DNA of 64,000 bases from Candidatus Magasanikiibacteriota bacterium. GTDB taxonomy: Bacteria > Patescibacteriota > Patescibacteriia > Magasanikbacterales > UBA922. The notes beneath the pieces were generated by a model, which saw nothing but the letters and a program-made list of their open reading frames with translations, made no database searches and was not told the origin of the DNA. Positions 1 to 9,241 of the stretch are shown here, piece after piece. The stretch spans positions 35,486-99,485 of the forward strand of contig JABIFP010000005.1 in the NCBI GenBank assembly GCA_018650645.1. Reading direction: 5' to 3'. Both the position numbers and the translations under genes were made by a program. Numbering within the stretch: position 1 is the stretch's first letter; every line of letters begins with the position of its first letter.

Positions 1-603
1 ATTCTGGCAACAAGAAATCCAGCAAAGGAAGATAGGTACAAAAATATTCTTGCTCCAATAAAAGGTTTGGTCACCGTGAACCTGGACTCTCTTAAGATTA
101 CAATAGCAGACTGTGCAGAAACTGGGGATACAGTGGATAAAAACGCAATTATCAAGGCGAATCACTACTATAAGGCCACAAAATCTGCAGTTTTTGCTTC
201 GGATGAGGGAATGTTTCTAGATTTTGACGATGGGCTGGGTAGTCCGGGTGTTCATGCTAGAAGACTTGTAGATGGTATTCGACCTCTTACGGATGAAGAA
301 ATCATTGAGTACTGGGTAAAGAGGCTTAAAGATGCTCCTCAAGGGGCTGGTGGCTGCTGGCGGTATGCGTATGTCATGTTGGAAGGGAATAGAAAAGTAA
401 CGGGAACTGTAGAGTCAAAGTTTGAGTTTGCTAAACAGCCTGCAGGGGAGTACGTCCCGGGATACCCGCTTTCATCGATGTGCTTAGTAAAAGGTTTGGA
501 TAAACTGTACACAGAAATGACTTCAGAAGAGAAGAAGGAGCATTATGATGAGATGTATGGTGAATTTAGAAGGAATATTGAAAAGGGTTTCTGTATAGAC
601 TAG
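1..603 (+). CDS. Ham1/RdgB-family non-canonical purine NTP pyrophosphatase; 5' end lies just outside the window
   Basis: Reading frame is open from base 1 (ILATRNPAKEDRY... resembles the RdgB N-terminal LATGNxGKxxE motif); 'GSPGVHARR' and C-terminal 'YPLSSM...TEMTSEEKKEH' resemble RdgB APGVYSARYAG and FGYDPIF...AEMSxEEKN motifs. The ORF track begins at TTG 67 but the upstream frame has no stop. Confidence 0.55.
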   Translation: MLATRNPAKEDRYKNILAPIKGLVTVNLDSLKITIADCAETGDTVDKNAIIKANHYYKATKSAVFASDEGMFLDFDDGLGSPGVHARRLVDGIRPLTDEEIIEYWVKRLKDAPQGAGGCWRYAYVMLEGNRKVTGTVESKFEFAKQPAGEYVPGYPLSSMCLVKGLDKLYTEMTSEEKKEHYDEMYGEFRRNIEKGFCID

Positions 604-610
604 TCTATAC
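593..610. promoter_or_regulatory. 18-bp perfect palindrome GTATAGACTAGTCTATAC (copy 1); overlaps the stop codon of the upstream CDS
   Basis: Read directly: perfect inverted repeat; the same 23-bp context TGTATAGACTAGTCTATACAAAC recurs 110 bp downstream. Confidence 0.5.
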
Positions 611-702
611 AAACGCACTTCGGTATAGTCTGTGTACGGTGTGTGCATAAGTTGTCTAAAAAGTGGTTGAGCCTGTGTACAACCCAGTTAGCAAAGTTTA
701 TT

Positions 703-720
703 GTATAGACTAGTCTATAC
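703..720. promoter_or_regulatory. 18-bp perfect palindrome GTATAGACTAGTCTATAC (copy 2), ~75 bp upstream of the SPFH gene start
   Basis: Identical to copy 1; candidate operator for a dimeric regulator. Confidence 0.5.
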
Positions 721-794
721 AAACAAAGGGTGTAGTCACTTGCACTTTATCTACCGATACACTATAGTATACATATATTCATAACCAGTTACAT

Positions 795-1541
795 ATGGCA
801 GAGTTTCTATCATTTGTCCTATTTGCAGGGATCTTCGTGGTCCTCATCAGCATTAGACAAGTAAACGAGTACCAAAGAGGTGTGAAGTTTCAATTAGGAA
901 AGTATAGAAAAATGGTCAATCCGGGCTGGAGATTGATTGTCCCAATTTTTCAGTCCATGACAAAGGTAGATTTACGTGTAAAGGCGGTAGATGTACCTTT
1001 TCAGGAAGCAATTACCAAGGATAATGTGTCAGCGCGTATAAATGCTGTTATTTACTACAAAGTAAGTGATGCCGCAAAGGCAATTTTGGAGGTTGAGAAC
1101 TTTTGGTTCGCTGTGAGTCAGCTGGCGCAGACAACCATGAGAAATGTCGTTGGGGAAATGGAACTCGATGAACTCCTCGCAAACAGAGACCAGGCAGCAA
1201 AAAAAATTAAGATTATTGTAGATCAGGCAACTGACCCGTGGGGAATTCAGGTTGATGCTGTTGAACTTAAAGATGTTATTTTACCAGATGATATGCAGCG
1301 TGTCATTGCAAAACAGGCAGAGGCTGAGAGAGAGCGGAGAGCTGTTATCATTAAATCTAAGGGTGAGGTAGAGGCTGCTGAGAACCTGACTAGAGCTGCT
1401 GAGATGCTTTCACAGCAAACAGGAGCCCTGCATTTAAGAACACTTAACACCTTAAATGATTTAAGCTCTGATCAGTCAAATACCGTGATTTTTGCAATGC
1501 CACTAGAGATTTTGCGTGCATTTGAGAGATCAAATCAATAA
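795..1541 (+). CDS. SPFH/band-7 (stomatin/prohibitin-like) membrane protein
   Basis: N-terminal TM helix followed by a typical SPFH domain (VDLRVKAVDVP...ARINAVIYYKV...) and a coiled-coil tail rich in AEAERER. Confidence 0.85.
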   Translation: MAEFLSFVLFAGIFVVLISIRQVNEYQRGVKFQLGKYRKMVNPGWRLIVPIFQSMTKVDLRVKAVDVPFQEAITKDNVSARINAVIYYKVSDAAKAILEVENFWFAVSQLAQTTMRNVVGEMELDELLANRDQAAKKIKIIVDQATDPWGIQVDAVELKDVILPDDMQRVIAKQAEAERERRAVIIKSKGEVEAAENLTRAAEMLSQQTGALHLRTLNTLNDLSSDQSNTVIFAMPLEILRAFERSNQ

Positions 1542-1662
1542 ATAAGGTAGGTCATCATAAGCCGGGCTGTTGTCCGGCTTATGTATTGACAGAGAAAAAA
1601 ATTTCCTCTATAATTACGCAGCATCATGATGATGCAATACAGAATCAAAAAGCCCCAATCGG

Positions 1663-1737
1663 GGTGGCTATGGTGTAGTGGTAACACAGAGGCTTGTGGT
1701 GCCTTTATCACGAGTTCGATCCTCGTTAGCCACCCCA
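1663..1737 (+). tRNA. tRNA-His (anticodon GTG) with genomically encoded G-1 and 3' CCA
   Basis: Cloverleaf folded by hand: acceptor GTGGCTA/TAGCCAC, D-stem GTGT/ACAC, anticodon loop TTGTGGT (GTG), T-loop TTCGATC; an extra 5' G pairs with discriminator C as is typical of tRNA-His. Confidence 0.85.
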
Positions 1738-1750
1738 ATCGGGGTTTGTA

Positions 1751-1782
1751 CAAAAAAGAAGGCTGTTAGGCCTTCTTTTTTG
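1751..1782. terminator. Rho-independent terminator (hairpin AGAAGGC-tgtta-GCCTTCT with A/T tracts on both sides; bidirectional)
   Basis: Perfect 7-bp GC-containing stem followed by TTTTTTGT; lies between tRNA-His (+) and the end of cheD (-). Confidence 0.7.
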
Positions 1783-1793
1783 TGTCTTGATCT

Positions 1794-2264
1794 TTATATT
1801 TTGCTGTCTACTTTTAGAATACCCGCGTGTACATTAAATTCGGCAAGCCGTCCATGTGATCCACCGGTATCTTCACCGGTTAGGGCTACGTGTTTGGCTT
1901 TTAGATATTTTTTTGCGGCTTCAATATTTTGAAATCCAATTCCTTTATTATCGCCACTTAGGTGTTTGAACATCTTTGCACCGCCTACAATTTTTGCATT
2001 CAGGTGCTTGACATCACCTCCGAGCTCTCTAATGCCCTCGAGGAGTAGGTCAATGGACTCATCAACAAATTTAGCTGTTTTTCCTACAGAAGCTTGTGAT
2101 CGGGTGTGTCTTTCTGGAAGCATGGCATGAGCCATACCGCCAATATGAGCCGCAGGGTCAAAAATGACGATTGCTACACACGAACCAATGCTTCCTGTTT
2201 CAATTATTTCCTCTTTATCGGTGACGTAATATTCAGCCGTTTTGACATTTACAGTACTACTCAT
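1794..2264 (-). CDS. cheD: Chemoreceptor glutamine deamidase CheD
   Basis: GSIGSCVAIVIFDP...GGMAHAMLP motif is characteristic of CheD. Confidence 0.85.
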   Translation of the reverse strand: MSSTVNVKTAEYYVTDKEEIIETGSIGSCVAIVIFDPAAHIGGMAHAMLPERHTRSQASVGKTAKFVDESIDLLLEGIRELGGDVKHLNAKIVGGAKMFKHLSGDNKGIGFQNIEAAKKYLKAKHVALTGEDTGGSHGRLAEFNVHAGILKVDSKI

Positions 2265-2266
2265 AT

Positions 2267-2878
2267 TTATGCGCCTAATTTTTCTTGAGTCTTCTCGAGA
2301 ACGGTTTTGGATGATTTAGGATCAAAAAGGAAATATAACTTTCCAGTTTTTGCAGCTTCTTTGACTGTCAGATCGACCTCAAACAATAGAAGTGAACCCT
2401 CTGTATCGAGTTCAACAAGAATTTCATCAAGAGAAGCTCCAAGCATGTCTACTGACACGTCTGGAATGGAATGGAGCAAGTTCATATCCAAAAATTTTCC
2501 AAGAGCCGTTACCGAGGCTCCAAGCAAAATATTGCCAACCTCTTGAAGGGCTGACAAATCCTCATCCTGGAAGTCCTTGATATCTTTGTGATTCGATTTT
2601 GTAAGCATGTTTGCAAAGCCTACAGCATCCTTCTTGTTGAAAATAAGAAGCATGGCACCTTCCATGTCACCATGAATTCTGAAAAACACATTTACAACGA
2701 CTTCATTTGTGTCTCCGAGTACGTTATGAATGTCTTCGATAGCTCCTGTGTGAATAAAGGGAACGGTCATGTCTACACCTTTCCCAATCATGTGTGACAT
2801 GGCAGTGGCTGCATTTCCAGCTCCTATATTTACTACCTCGGCCAGCTGCCCGATTTGCTCTTCTGTGATCTTTTTCAT
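2267..2878 (-). CDS. cheC: CheC-family chemotaxis phosphatase
   Basis: EVVNIGAGNAATAMS and a second E..GNILLGASVTALG motif (duplicated CheC signature); start chosen at internal MKKITEEQ so that cheA is not overlapped. Confidence 0.75.
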   Translation of the reverse strand: MKKITEEQIGQLAEVVNIGAGNAATAMSHMIGKGVDMTVPFIHTGAIEDIHNVLGDTNEVVVNVFFRIHGDMEGAMLLIFNKKDAVGFANMLTKSNHKDIKDFQDEDLSALQEVGNILLGASVTALGKFLDMNLLHSIPDVSVDMLGASLDEILVELDTEGSLLLFEVDLTVKEAAKTGKLYFLFDPKSSKTVLEKTQEKLGA

Positions 2879-2891
2879 AGTGTTTATATTA

Positions 2892-4646
2892 TTAAGCGCG
2901 CAATAATTGCAATCTGTTTTGTAAAATTGAACCGACATCTAGGATTAATATGGTTTTTCCATTTCCAAGAATTGTTGAGCCTGAAAATCCATTTACGCCT
3001 TGCAAGACAGGTGGAAGTGATTTAACAATGATTTCCTGCTCATCAAGTATGTCATCAACGATTAAGCCAACGACTTCCTTTCCATGAAAGGCGATTACCA
3101 CGGTGATTTGTTGTTGTTTCTGTGGGACTTCAGAGGGTTCAGTCGGCACAGCACTCTGAGTTGCAAAGGTTTTCTTTAGATCAAGTAGTGGCACCTCAAT
3201 CCCTTGAACTATCGCAATGTTTTGATCACCTACACTTTTGATATCACTGGGAGAGACCAGTACAGAGCGTTTTACTACCGAGAATGGGATTGCCGCTGTT
3301 TCACCGCCAATGCTAACTATAAGTGCGTTAATAATAGCAAGTGACATGGGTAGTTGCAATGAAAATCTTGTTCCGCCTTCTTGAAGAGGGGACTCAACAT
3401 GTAAAAGACCGCTACTTTTTTTTACAAACTCATCTACAACACTTAATCCGACCCCTCTTCCAGAAGTTTCTGTCACAACATCATTTGTAGATAGCTCGGG
3501 ATGAAAAATGAGAGATTCCACCAATCGGTTAGCTGCGGCATCTCGGGTTCCTTGCAGTGTACTTTTTTGCTCGGCGCTTATGATGCCTCGAGCATGAGCA
3601 GTTTCAATCACTTTGCTCCAATTAATACCGTTTCCTGAGTCTTGCACAGAGATGGTCGTGAAATTTTTGTCTCGCTGAGCTGAAAGAATAATATCTCCGC
3701 TTGTATCAATTCCATGATCGATAGCATTTCGGAGTAGATGCACAAGTGGTTCAGCAAGCGTATCAATGATAGAGCGATCGAGCTCAAGCTCGCTCCCTTG
3801 TATTGAAAAATTAATTTCTTTATTTTTTTGCTTTGAAAGATCGCGAACCATTCGTGGAAATCGAGCGAACACCTGTCCAAGAGGAATAAGCCTTGTTTGC
3901 ATAACGGTATGTTGAATGGCTGAAACAAGTTGACTCATGTGGTCCACAACAGGTGCTACTCGGGCATGGAGTGGGAATTTTTGCTCAATTGTTTTGGCGT
4001 TCATACCTGTAAAATGAGCAGCATTTGGGTCCATTACTGCATCAAGCTTCATTTTATCAATAAGAAGCTCTTCCACAAGGTCGAACAGCGTATCAATGCG
4101 CTCTGTGGGTACTTTAATATGAGAAATCGTATCGACTTTCACCTGCTCAGTTGCTTCAGTACGAATATTTCCGGAAGGCTCAGCTGGTTCTGGAGTGGGG
4201 GCACTAAGAGGTTTGCCCGTATCATCTCTTTCAGATTTTCCAGCACCCTTGGTTTTTACTCCCGTAAGTTTTCTAAGCGATTCTATAAATGTTGGGTCAA
4301 TTGATTCAGTGTTTTCTTTTGCAATATGGTCAAGGGATTGATCAAGAGCGTCTACAGTATGAAATAGCTCATCAAGTATGGAAGGAGAAATCGCAAGCAT
4401 CTCATTGCGTGCATAATCAAACACATCTTCCATGACATGGGTTAATTCTGCCATGTGAGTAAAGCCCATTGTTGCTGCAGATCCTTTAATAGTATGTGAA
4501 GAGCGCATGAGCTCATTTAAAATATCCTTTGAATCAGTTTTGTTCGCAGGATCACATTTTTCCAAGGCTAAAAGATGCTCATTTAGGAGAGCTATATGTT
4601 CTTCCGCCTCAGAAATGAAGAGTTGCTTGAATTGAGAGAGATCCAT
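2892..4646 (-). CDS. cheA: Chemotaxis histidine kinase CheA
   Basis: HPt motif HTIKGSAATMGF, dimerisation and HATPase regions (DHGID..G), and a C-terminal CheW-like domain. Confidence 0.9.
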   Translation of the reverse strand: MDLSQFKQLFISEAEEHIALLNEHLLALEKCDPANKTDSKDILNELMRSSHTIKGSAATMGFTHMAELTHVMEDVFDYARNEMLAISPSILDELFHTVDALDQSLDHIAKENTESIDPTFIESLRKLTGVKTKGAGKSERDDTGKPLSAPTPEPAEPSGNIRTEATEQVKVDTISHIKVPTERIDTLFDLVEELLIDKMKLDAVMDPNAAHFTGMNAKTIEQKFPLHARVAPVVDHMSQLVSAIQHTVMQTRLIPLGQVFARFPRMVRDLSKQKNKEINFSIQGSELELDRSIIDTLAEPLVHLLRNAIDHGIDTSGDIILSAQRDKNFTTISVQDSGNGINWSKVIETAHARGIISAEQKSTLQGTRDAAANRLVESLIFHPELSTNDVVTETSGRGVGLSVVDEFVKKSSGLLHVESPLQEGGTRFSLQLPMSLAIINALIVSIGGETAAIPFSVVKRSVLVSPSDIKSVGDQNIAIVQGIEVPLLDLKKTFATQSAVPTEPSEVPQKQQQITVVIAFHGKEVVGLIVDDILDEQEIIVKSLPPVLQGVNGFSGSTILGNGKTILILDVGSILQNRLQLLRA

Positions 4647-4655
4647 AGCAAGTAG

Positions 4656-5705
4656 TTATGAGCAAATGGAGGTTATTTTTTCAGCAATTTGTTTGGGAGA
4701 AAGAATTTCGTCAGCGGCTCCGGCATCAATGACAGACTGCGGCATAGAAGCAATAACGGCAGAGTAAGGATTCTGGACAAGGGTCAGCCCTCCATGTTTT
4801 TTAATATCTTTCATGCCGGACTGTCCATCTTTACCCATTCCAGTTAATTCAATTCCAATAATTTTTTCTTTAAAAAGAGGGGCTGCGCTTTGCATGGTGA
4901 CATCAATGGAGGGCTTTAAACCGTGAACAGGGTCTTCATCGGTCAACAAGCATACCGATGAGCCATTTTTTTTGCCTAATCGCAAATGTTTTCCGCCTGG
5001 AGCTATATATACACTTCCTCCATGTAAGACTGCTCCTTCATAGGCTTCTTTAACATCGAATGGAACTAATCGATCAAGCCGCTGCGCAAAGGTCTTTGTA
5101 AAAAAAGCAGGCATATGCTGCACGATAATAATGGGCGCTTTTATTGATTGTGGAAGAGCTAGTAAAATATCTTCTACAACTGGTGGTCCGCCAGTAGAAG
5201 ATCCTATGATAACCACGTGTTCAGCGGGTAGTAGCGGAGATTTATGGGAAACTGTTTTTTCCTTTAAAGGAGGTCTTACCTGAACTTTAGCTCGGTAGGC
5301 CTGTCTAATTTTTGAAAATATTTCTTCTTGTATTGTTTTAATATCGAGAGATATTTCTCCGGACGATTTTTGGATGGTAAACACGGCACCTGCCCGTAAG
5401 CTATTAAAGGTTTCCTTTGCGCCCTCAGTGGTATATGCCGAGAGCATAATAATACGAGGCTTTTTCTTTAGCGGAAGAGCCAAAATTTGTAGCACAGCCT
5501 CTGCGCCAGTCATCTCTGGCATGTTGTAATCCATGGTTATGACATCCGGATGAAGCTGCGCAGCATAGCCCACAGCTTCAATTCCATTTTTCGCTTCCCC
5601 TATTACTTCCATATCTGGAGCAGCCGAAATAAGCTCCGTTAATAATTTTCTCATGAAAAACGAATCGTCAACAACCAGTACACGAATAGGGGAGCTCTTT
5701 GACAT
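4656..5705 (-). CDS. cheB: Chemotaxis response regulator/methylesterase CheB
   Basis: N-terminal receiver domain (VLVVDDS...D) plus a C-terminal methylesterase domain (GSSTGGP...HMP). Confidence 0.9.
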   Translation of the reverse strand: MSKSSPIRVLVVDDSFFMRKLLTELISAAPDMEVIGEAKNGIEAVGYAAQLHPDVITMDYNMPEMTGAEAVLQILALPLKKKPRIIMLSAYTTEGAKETFNSLRAGAVFTIQKSSGEISLDIKTIQEEIFSKIRQAYRAKVQVRPPLKEKTVSHKSPLLPAEHVVIIGSSTGGPPVVEDILLALPQSIKAPIIIVQHMPAFFTKTFAQRLDRLVPFDVKEAYEGAVLHGGSVYIAPGGKHLRLGKKNGSSVCLLTDEDPVHGLKPSIDVTMQSAAPLFKEKIIGIELTGMGKDGQSGMKDIKKHGGLTLVQNPYSAVIASMPQSVIDAGAADEILSPKQIAEKITSICS

Positions 5706-5714
5706 ATAGATTGG

Positions 5715-6077
5715 TTATTCACCAAGAACAGCGTTCACGGCTTCTAGTACCTGCGCTTTTTCAAACGGTTTCACAATATACCCTTTTGCCCCAAGTGATT
5801 TTGCTTCTTCTGTTGTGGTATCTTGTCCTACCGCGGTTACCATAACGATGTTTGTGGTAGAACCAACTTCTTTGAGTACGTCCATTCCGCCCATTTCTGG
5901 CATGATAACGTCCAAAAGAACAAGTGCGGGGCTGTTTGCTTTAATGATTTCAAGCGCCTCTTTTCCGTTTGAGGCTTCTAAAAATTGTGTATGCCCTGCT
6001 TCAGTGAGGATGTTTTTTAATACACCGCGCATGAATGCTGAATCGTCGGTAAGAAGGATAAGTTGATCTTTTGCCAT
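5715..6077 (-). CDS. cheY: Chemotaxis response regulator CheY
   Basis: Single 120-aa receiver domain with the DD...D...K catalytic residues, located inside the che operon. Confidence 0.85.
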   Translation of the reverse strand: MAKDQLILLTDDSAFMRGVLKNILTEAGHTQFLEASNGKEALEIIKANSPALVLLDVIMPEMGGMDVLKEVGSTTNIVMVTAVGQDTTTEEAKSLGAKGYIVKPFEKAQVLEAVNAVLGE

Positions 6078-6101
6078 ATAAATAGTTATTAGTACTGAAA
6101 G

Positions 6102-6683
6102 TTAGCTCTCTTGTTGAAGTGTTTCAAGAAGAGAAGGATCAAAAACAAGATATAAACTGAGGTCTAGATGTTGTTCGTTTAACACAAGTGAGGTGTCTAA
6201 GAGGACTGAATGCTCTGCCGTCGGTTTATTGGATAGATCTGATGCAATAGATTTCATGCGCGTGCTGGTAACCATAAGAGGTGGCCCAATCATTACCTCT
6301 GACTGAAATTCTTTTGCAATAGATACGAGGTAAGCATTTGAAAGGATGTTAAGGGTTTCCTTAATCATTGATCGGTCTAAATCTTTCATAATGCCTGTGC
6401 TTCCAACAGGCTGATCATTCATGAGATCAATGAAAAGGAGTGCTTGTTCCCGAGACATAACGAAGAGTGCGAACCCTTCCATTCCTGAGATAAGCTGCGC
6501 GAAGGCAACAACGGCCTGCTCTCCATGTTTTTTAAATTTTTCAATGATCGTATCATCGGAGATTGATTGGATTTCAGTAACATTAGCGGTTACTTTTGTC
6601 TTAGACAATTTTCCAAATGCCTCTTGTACTCTTCTTGAACCCTCCGTTGCAGCGTGCTGCAATTTCGTCTTATCCATTTGCAT
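6102..6683 (-). CDS. CheC/CheX-family phosphatase-like protein
   Basis: ETLNILSNAYLVSIAKEF resembles the E..GNI..G.A..AL motif of CheC/CheX; operon context supports this. Confidence 0.5.
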   Translation of the reverse strand: MQMDKTKLQHAATEGSRRVQEAFGKLSKTKVTANVTEIQSISDDTIIEKFKKHGEQAVVAFAQLISGMEGFALFVMSREQALLFIDLMNDQPVGSTGIMKDLDRSMIKETLNILSNAYLVSIAKEFQSEVMIGPPLMVTSTRMKSIASDLSNKPTAEHSVLLDTSLVLNEQHLDLSLYLVFDPSLLETLQQES

Positions 6684-6695
6684 ATTGCTGTGTAA

Positions 6696-7292
6696 TTATA
6701 CTGAATTAGCTGATGGGGAAATTGAATCAATTGCCGTAGTTACGGTGAGGAGCTCATCAGTCTGCAATAATTTTGGTAAATTAAGCAGGACAATTAATCG
6801 AGAATCCTCGGATGTTTTTGATTCATTGGTTTTATCCTCATCTAATACTACCACACCAGACATATATTCTGCATTGATTTTAGTGGATAGTAATTCTGGT
6901 GTTGTTTTTACACTATCTTTGGGTACGGTAAGTACCTCAAGAACTTGATCTACAAGCACCCCAAAGGTACTTTTGTCTACCTCTGTCAGTATAATATGCT
7001 CTGAAACAGCTTGGTTCTCTCGTTGCAAGCCGAATCTTTTTTCTAAGTCGATGACAACGGCGATAGTTCCACGGACATTAATGATACCACTTACAAACGC
7101 AGGAGCGTTTGGCATGGTGGTTACTTCTTGAGAGGTAAGAATTTCATTTATGTCAGTTATTGGTACGGCATATTCCTCGCCATCAAGCGTAAACACAATA
7201 AGCTGCATGGTTTCTATTTGAGATTGCTCCTCGCTTTGCGATTGCTGAGCAACTGAAGCGACGATTTGTTGCATGTCTTCAGCCATAATCAT
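6696..7292 (-). CDS. cheW: Chemotaxis coupling protein CheW
   Basis: Single CheW domain (QLIVFTLDGEEYAVPITDINEI...). Confidence 0.85.
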   Translation of the reverse strand: MIMAEDMQQIVASVAQQSQSEEQSQIETMQLIVFTLDGEEYAVPITDINEILTSQEVTTMPNAPAFVSGIINVRGTIAVVIDLEKRFGLQRENQAVSEHIILTEVDKSTFGVLVDQVLEVLTVPKDSVKTTPELLSTKINAEYMSGVVVLDEDKTNESKTSEDSRLIVLLNLPKLLQTDELLTVTTAIDSISPSANSV

Positions 7293-7307
7293 TCATTAAT
7301 CTGATAA

Positions 7308-9194
7308 TTAAACACGTTTGGTTGGTGGCTTTGGTGGGGCAACAGGCTTTGTCGCCTCAGCCGCGGGTTGAGGTACTGGCGCTACTTTTTGCTCAGTAAT
7401 TGATTTTCTTGGCATTGGAGCTGCTGCCGCAATTGCTTTTTGTGCGTTCCCTGCGATGTTTTGAAGGTCAGATGAGAGTGCGAGCAGCTGTTGTGCTGCC
7501 GCGGACACTTGTTGGTTTGCCGCGCTTTCTTGCTGTGTTGAAGCTGCGAGTTGCTGTGCTCCAGAAGAATTTTGCTCTGCAACAACCGCAATGCTATCCA
7601 TAGTCTTCGCAACTTGAGTGACAGAAGAAGATTGTTGTTGAATGGTAGCTGAGAGTTCTTGAATTCTTGATGTTACTTCGCTAATTGCACCAACAGTGTC
7701 AGTAACTCCTTTTCCTACATCATCTACAACCACAGTAATTTCCTCTGCAGATTTCGCTGAACTTTCGGCTAATTTTCTTACTTCATCGGCAACCACAGCA
7801 AATCCTCTACCAGCTTCACCAGCTCTTGCGGCTTCAATTGCAGCGTTAAGGGCAAGTAGGTTGGTTTGCTCTGCAATATTTGTGATGGTACTTACGAGTA
7901 CACCAATTTTGTCTGTGTTTGCACCACTTTCTTGTGCGACTTTTGATGTTTGTGTTGCTGTGGCTGCAGCATCTTCAGCTGAGGCGGACATTTGCTGTAC
8001 AGCTGCTGCCATTTGGCTCATAGCTTGTGAAACTTCTTCAGATTGTTTTGATTGTTGCGCACTTCCGCTCGCCACCTGCTGTGCAATACTTGAATTTTGC
8101 TGAGACGCTGCAGCCGTCTGCTGAGAAGAAGCTGAAATTTGTCTTGCTGCAATATTGAGCTGTTCAATTGCTCTAATAATGGGCTTTCTAACAAAGGCGG
8201 CAAGTGATTTTGAGGCATAGAGCGCCACAAGGAAGATGCCAAGAACCGTAAAGATAATTGTCAAAATAATAGCATTTCTAATTCTTACAACAGGAGCAAA
8301 TGCTTCAGAGAGCTCAATTTGTGTAACAATACCTAAATCATATTCCTCTAAGTATCTCGATGCAGCAAAAACAGGCTGTCCGTTATAGCCTAGGGATGTT
8401 TCATGAATCGTCTCATCATTAGCAAGTGCACGGGTCATCGGGTCTTCTGAAAGTTGTTTGCTAATAACTTTATTGAGTTTTGTATTTTCCTCAAATCGGG
8501 CATTGGTAATAAGGAGTGCATCTCCATTTTCGTTTCGTTTTGCAAGGAGTGTTTCTCCTGTGTTAGTATGTTTTTCGTAATTATCTATGATTGTTTTCAA
8601 TTCTCCTTCACGTACTCTAGCACCCATAACTCCGGCAAAGGCATCGTTTAGGTGTCCAAATACCGGCGCTGCAATAACATGAGACTCAGCTCCTGTGCTA
8701 CCTGATCGATAAGTCATTTTTACATGAGGTTTTTCTTGAGTATGAGTGTAATACTCATCATTAGACTTATTAGACCCTAGAGATGCGGGGTCTGTACTGG
8801 CAATAACGGTACCATGCGCGTTTAACAAGAATAATTCTTCGTAATGAGGAATTCTGCCAAGAATTTCGGTAAATTCTTCATTGATTAATTGGAATTCCGC
8901 ATCAATTTGAGCTTGCTCTTCGGGGGTCAGCTCTCCACGCGTTTCTAAGGTGGAAGAATCACCAGCATAATCTTGAATGAATTTTCCAGCAGCGAGCCCA
9001 ATCATGGTTTCTAAATCTCTTTGAAAATATTCTCCAAGAGCAATTTCTGCTTCTGCAGCTAATGTATCAACCTCTCTAAGTGCTTCAAATTCTAAGGCAC
9101 TTTTGGACTCGGAATAGCCAAAATAGCCCACGACTCCCATTGGGATAAGTGAAATGAGAAGAAACCAGCCAATCAAACGACTAGAGAGTCCCAT
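7308..9194 (-). CDS. Methyl-accepting chemotaxis protein with extracellular Cache-like sensor domain
   Basis: N-terminal TM helix, ~270-aa periplasmic domain, second TM helix, HAMP domain, and a conserved MCP signalling domain ([32 protein letters not shown]). Confidence 0.9.
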   Translation of the reverse strand: MGLSSRLIGWFLLISLIPMGVVGYFGYSESKSALEFEALREVDTLAAEAEIALGEYFQRDLETMIGLAAGKFIQDYAGDSSTLETRGELTPEEQAQIDAEFQLINEEFTEILGRIPHYEELFLLNAHGTVIASTDPASLGSNKSNDEYYTHTQEKPHVKMTYRSGSTGAESHVIAAPVFGHLNDAFAGVMGARVREGELKTIIDNYEKHTNTGETLLAKRNENGDALLITNARFEENTKLNKVISKQLSEDPMTRALANDETIHETSLGYNGQPVFAASRYLEEYDLGIVTQIELSEAFAPVVRIRNAIILTIIFTVLGIFLVALYASKSLAAFVRKPIIRAIEQLNIAARQISASSQQTAAASQQNSSIAQQVASGSAQQSKQSEEVSQAMSQMAAAVQQMSASAEDAAATATQTSKVAQESGANTDKIGVLVSTITNIAEQTNLLALNAAIEAARAGEAGRGFAVVADEVRKLAESSAKSAEEITVVVDDVGKGVTDTVGAISEVTSRIQELSATIQQQSSSVTQVAKTMDSIAVVAEQNSSGAQQLAASTQQESAANQQVSAAAQQLLALSSDLQNIAGNAQKAIAAAAPMPRKSITEQKVAPVPQPAAEATKPVAPPKPPTKRV

Positions 9195-9241
9195 TTTTGA
9201 TTCTTTAACAGACCTAGATGATCTCCTTTAAAAGTATTATA

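Noticed and set aside
1247-4304. Assorted 60-125-aa ORFs antisense to the SPFH, cheC, cheA and other conserved genes (for example 1247..1450 -, 3608..3928 -, 3930..4304 +)
   Set aside because: They lie fully inside, and antisense or out of frame to, well-supported conserved CDSs. They have no start context and are typical overlapping-frame noise.
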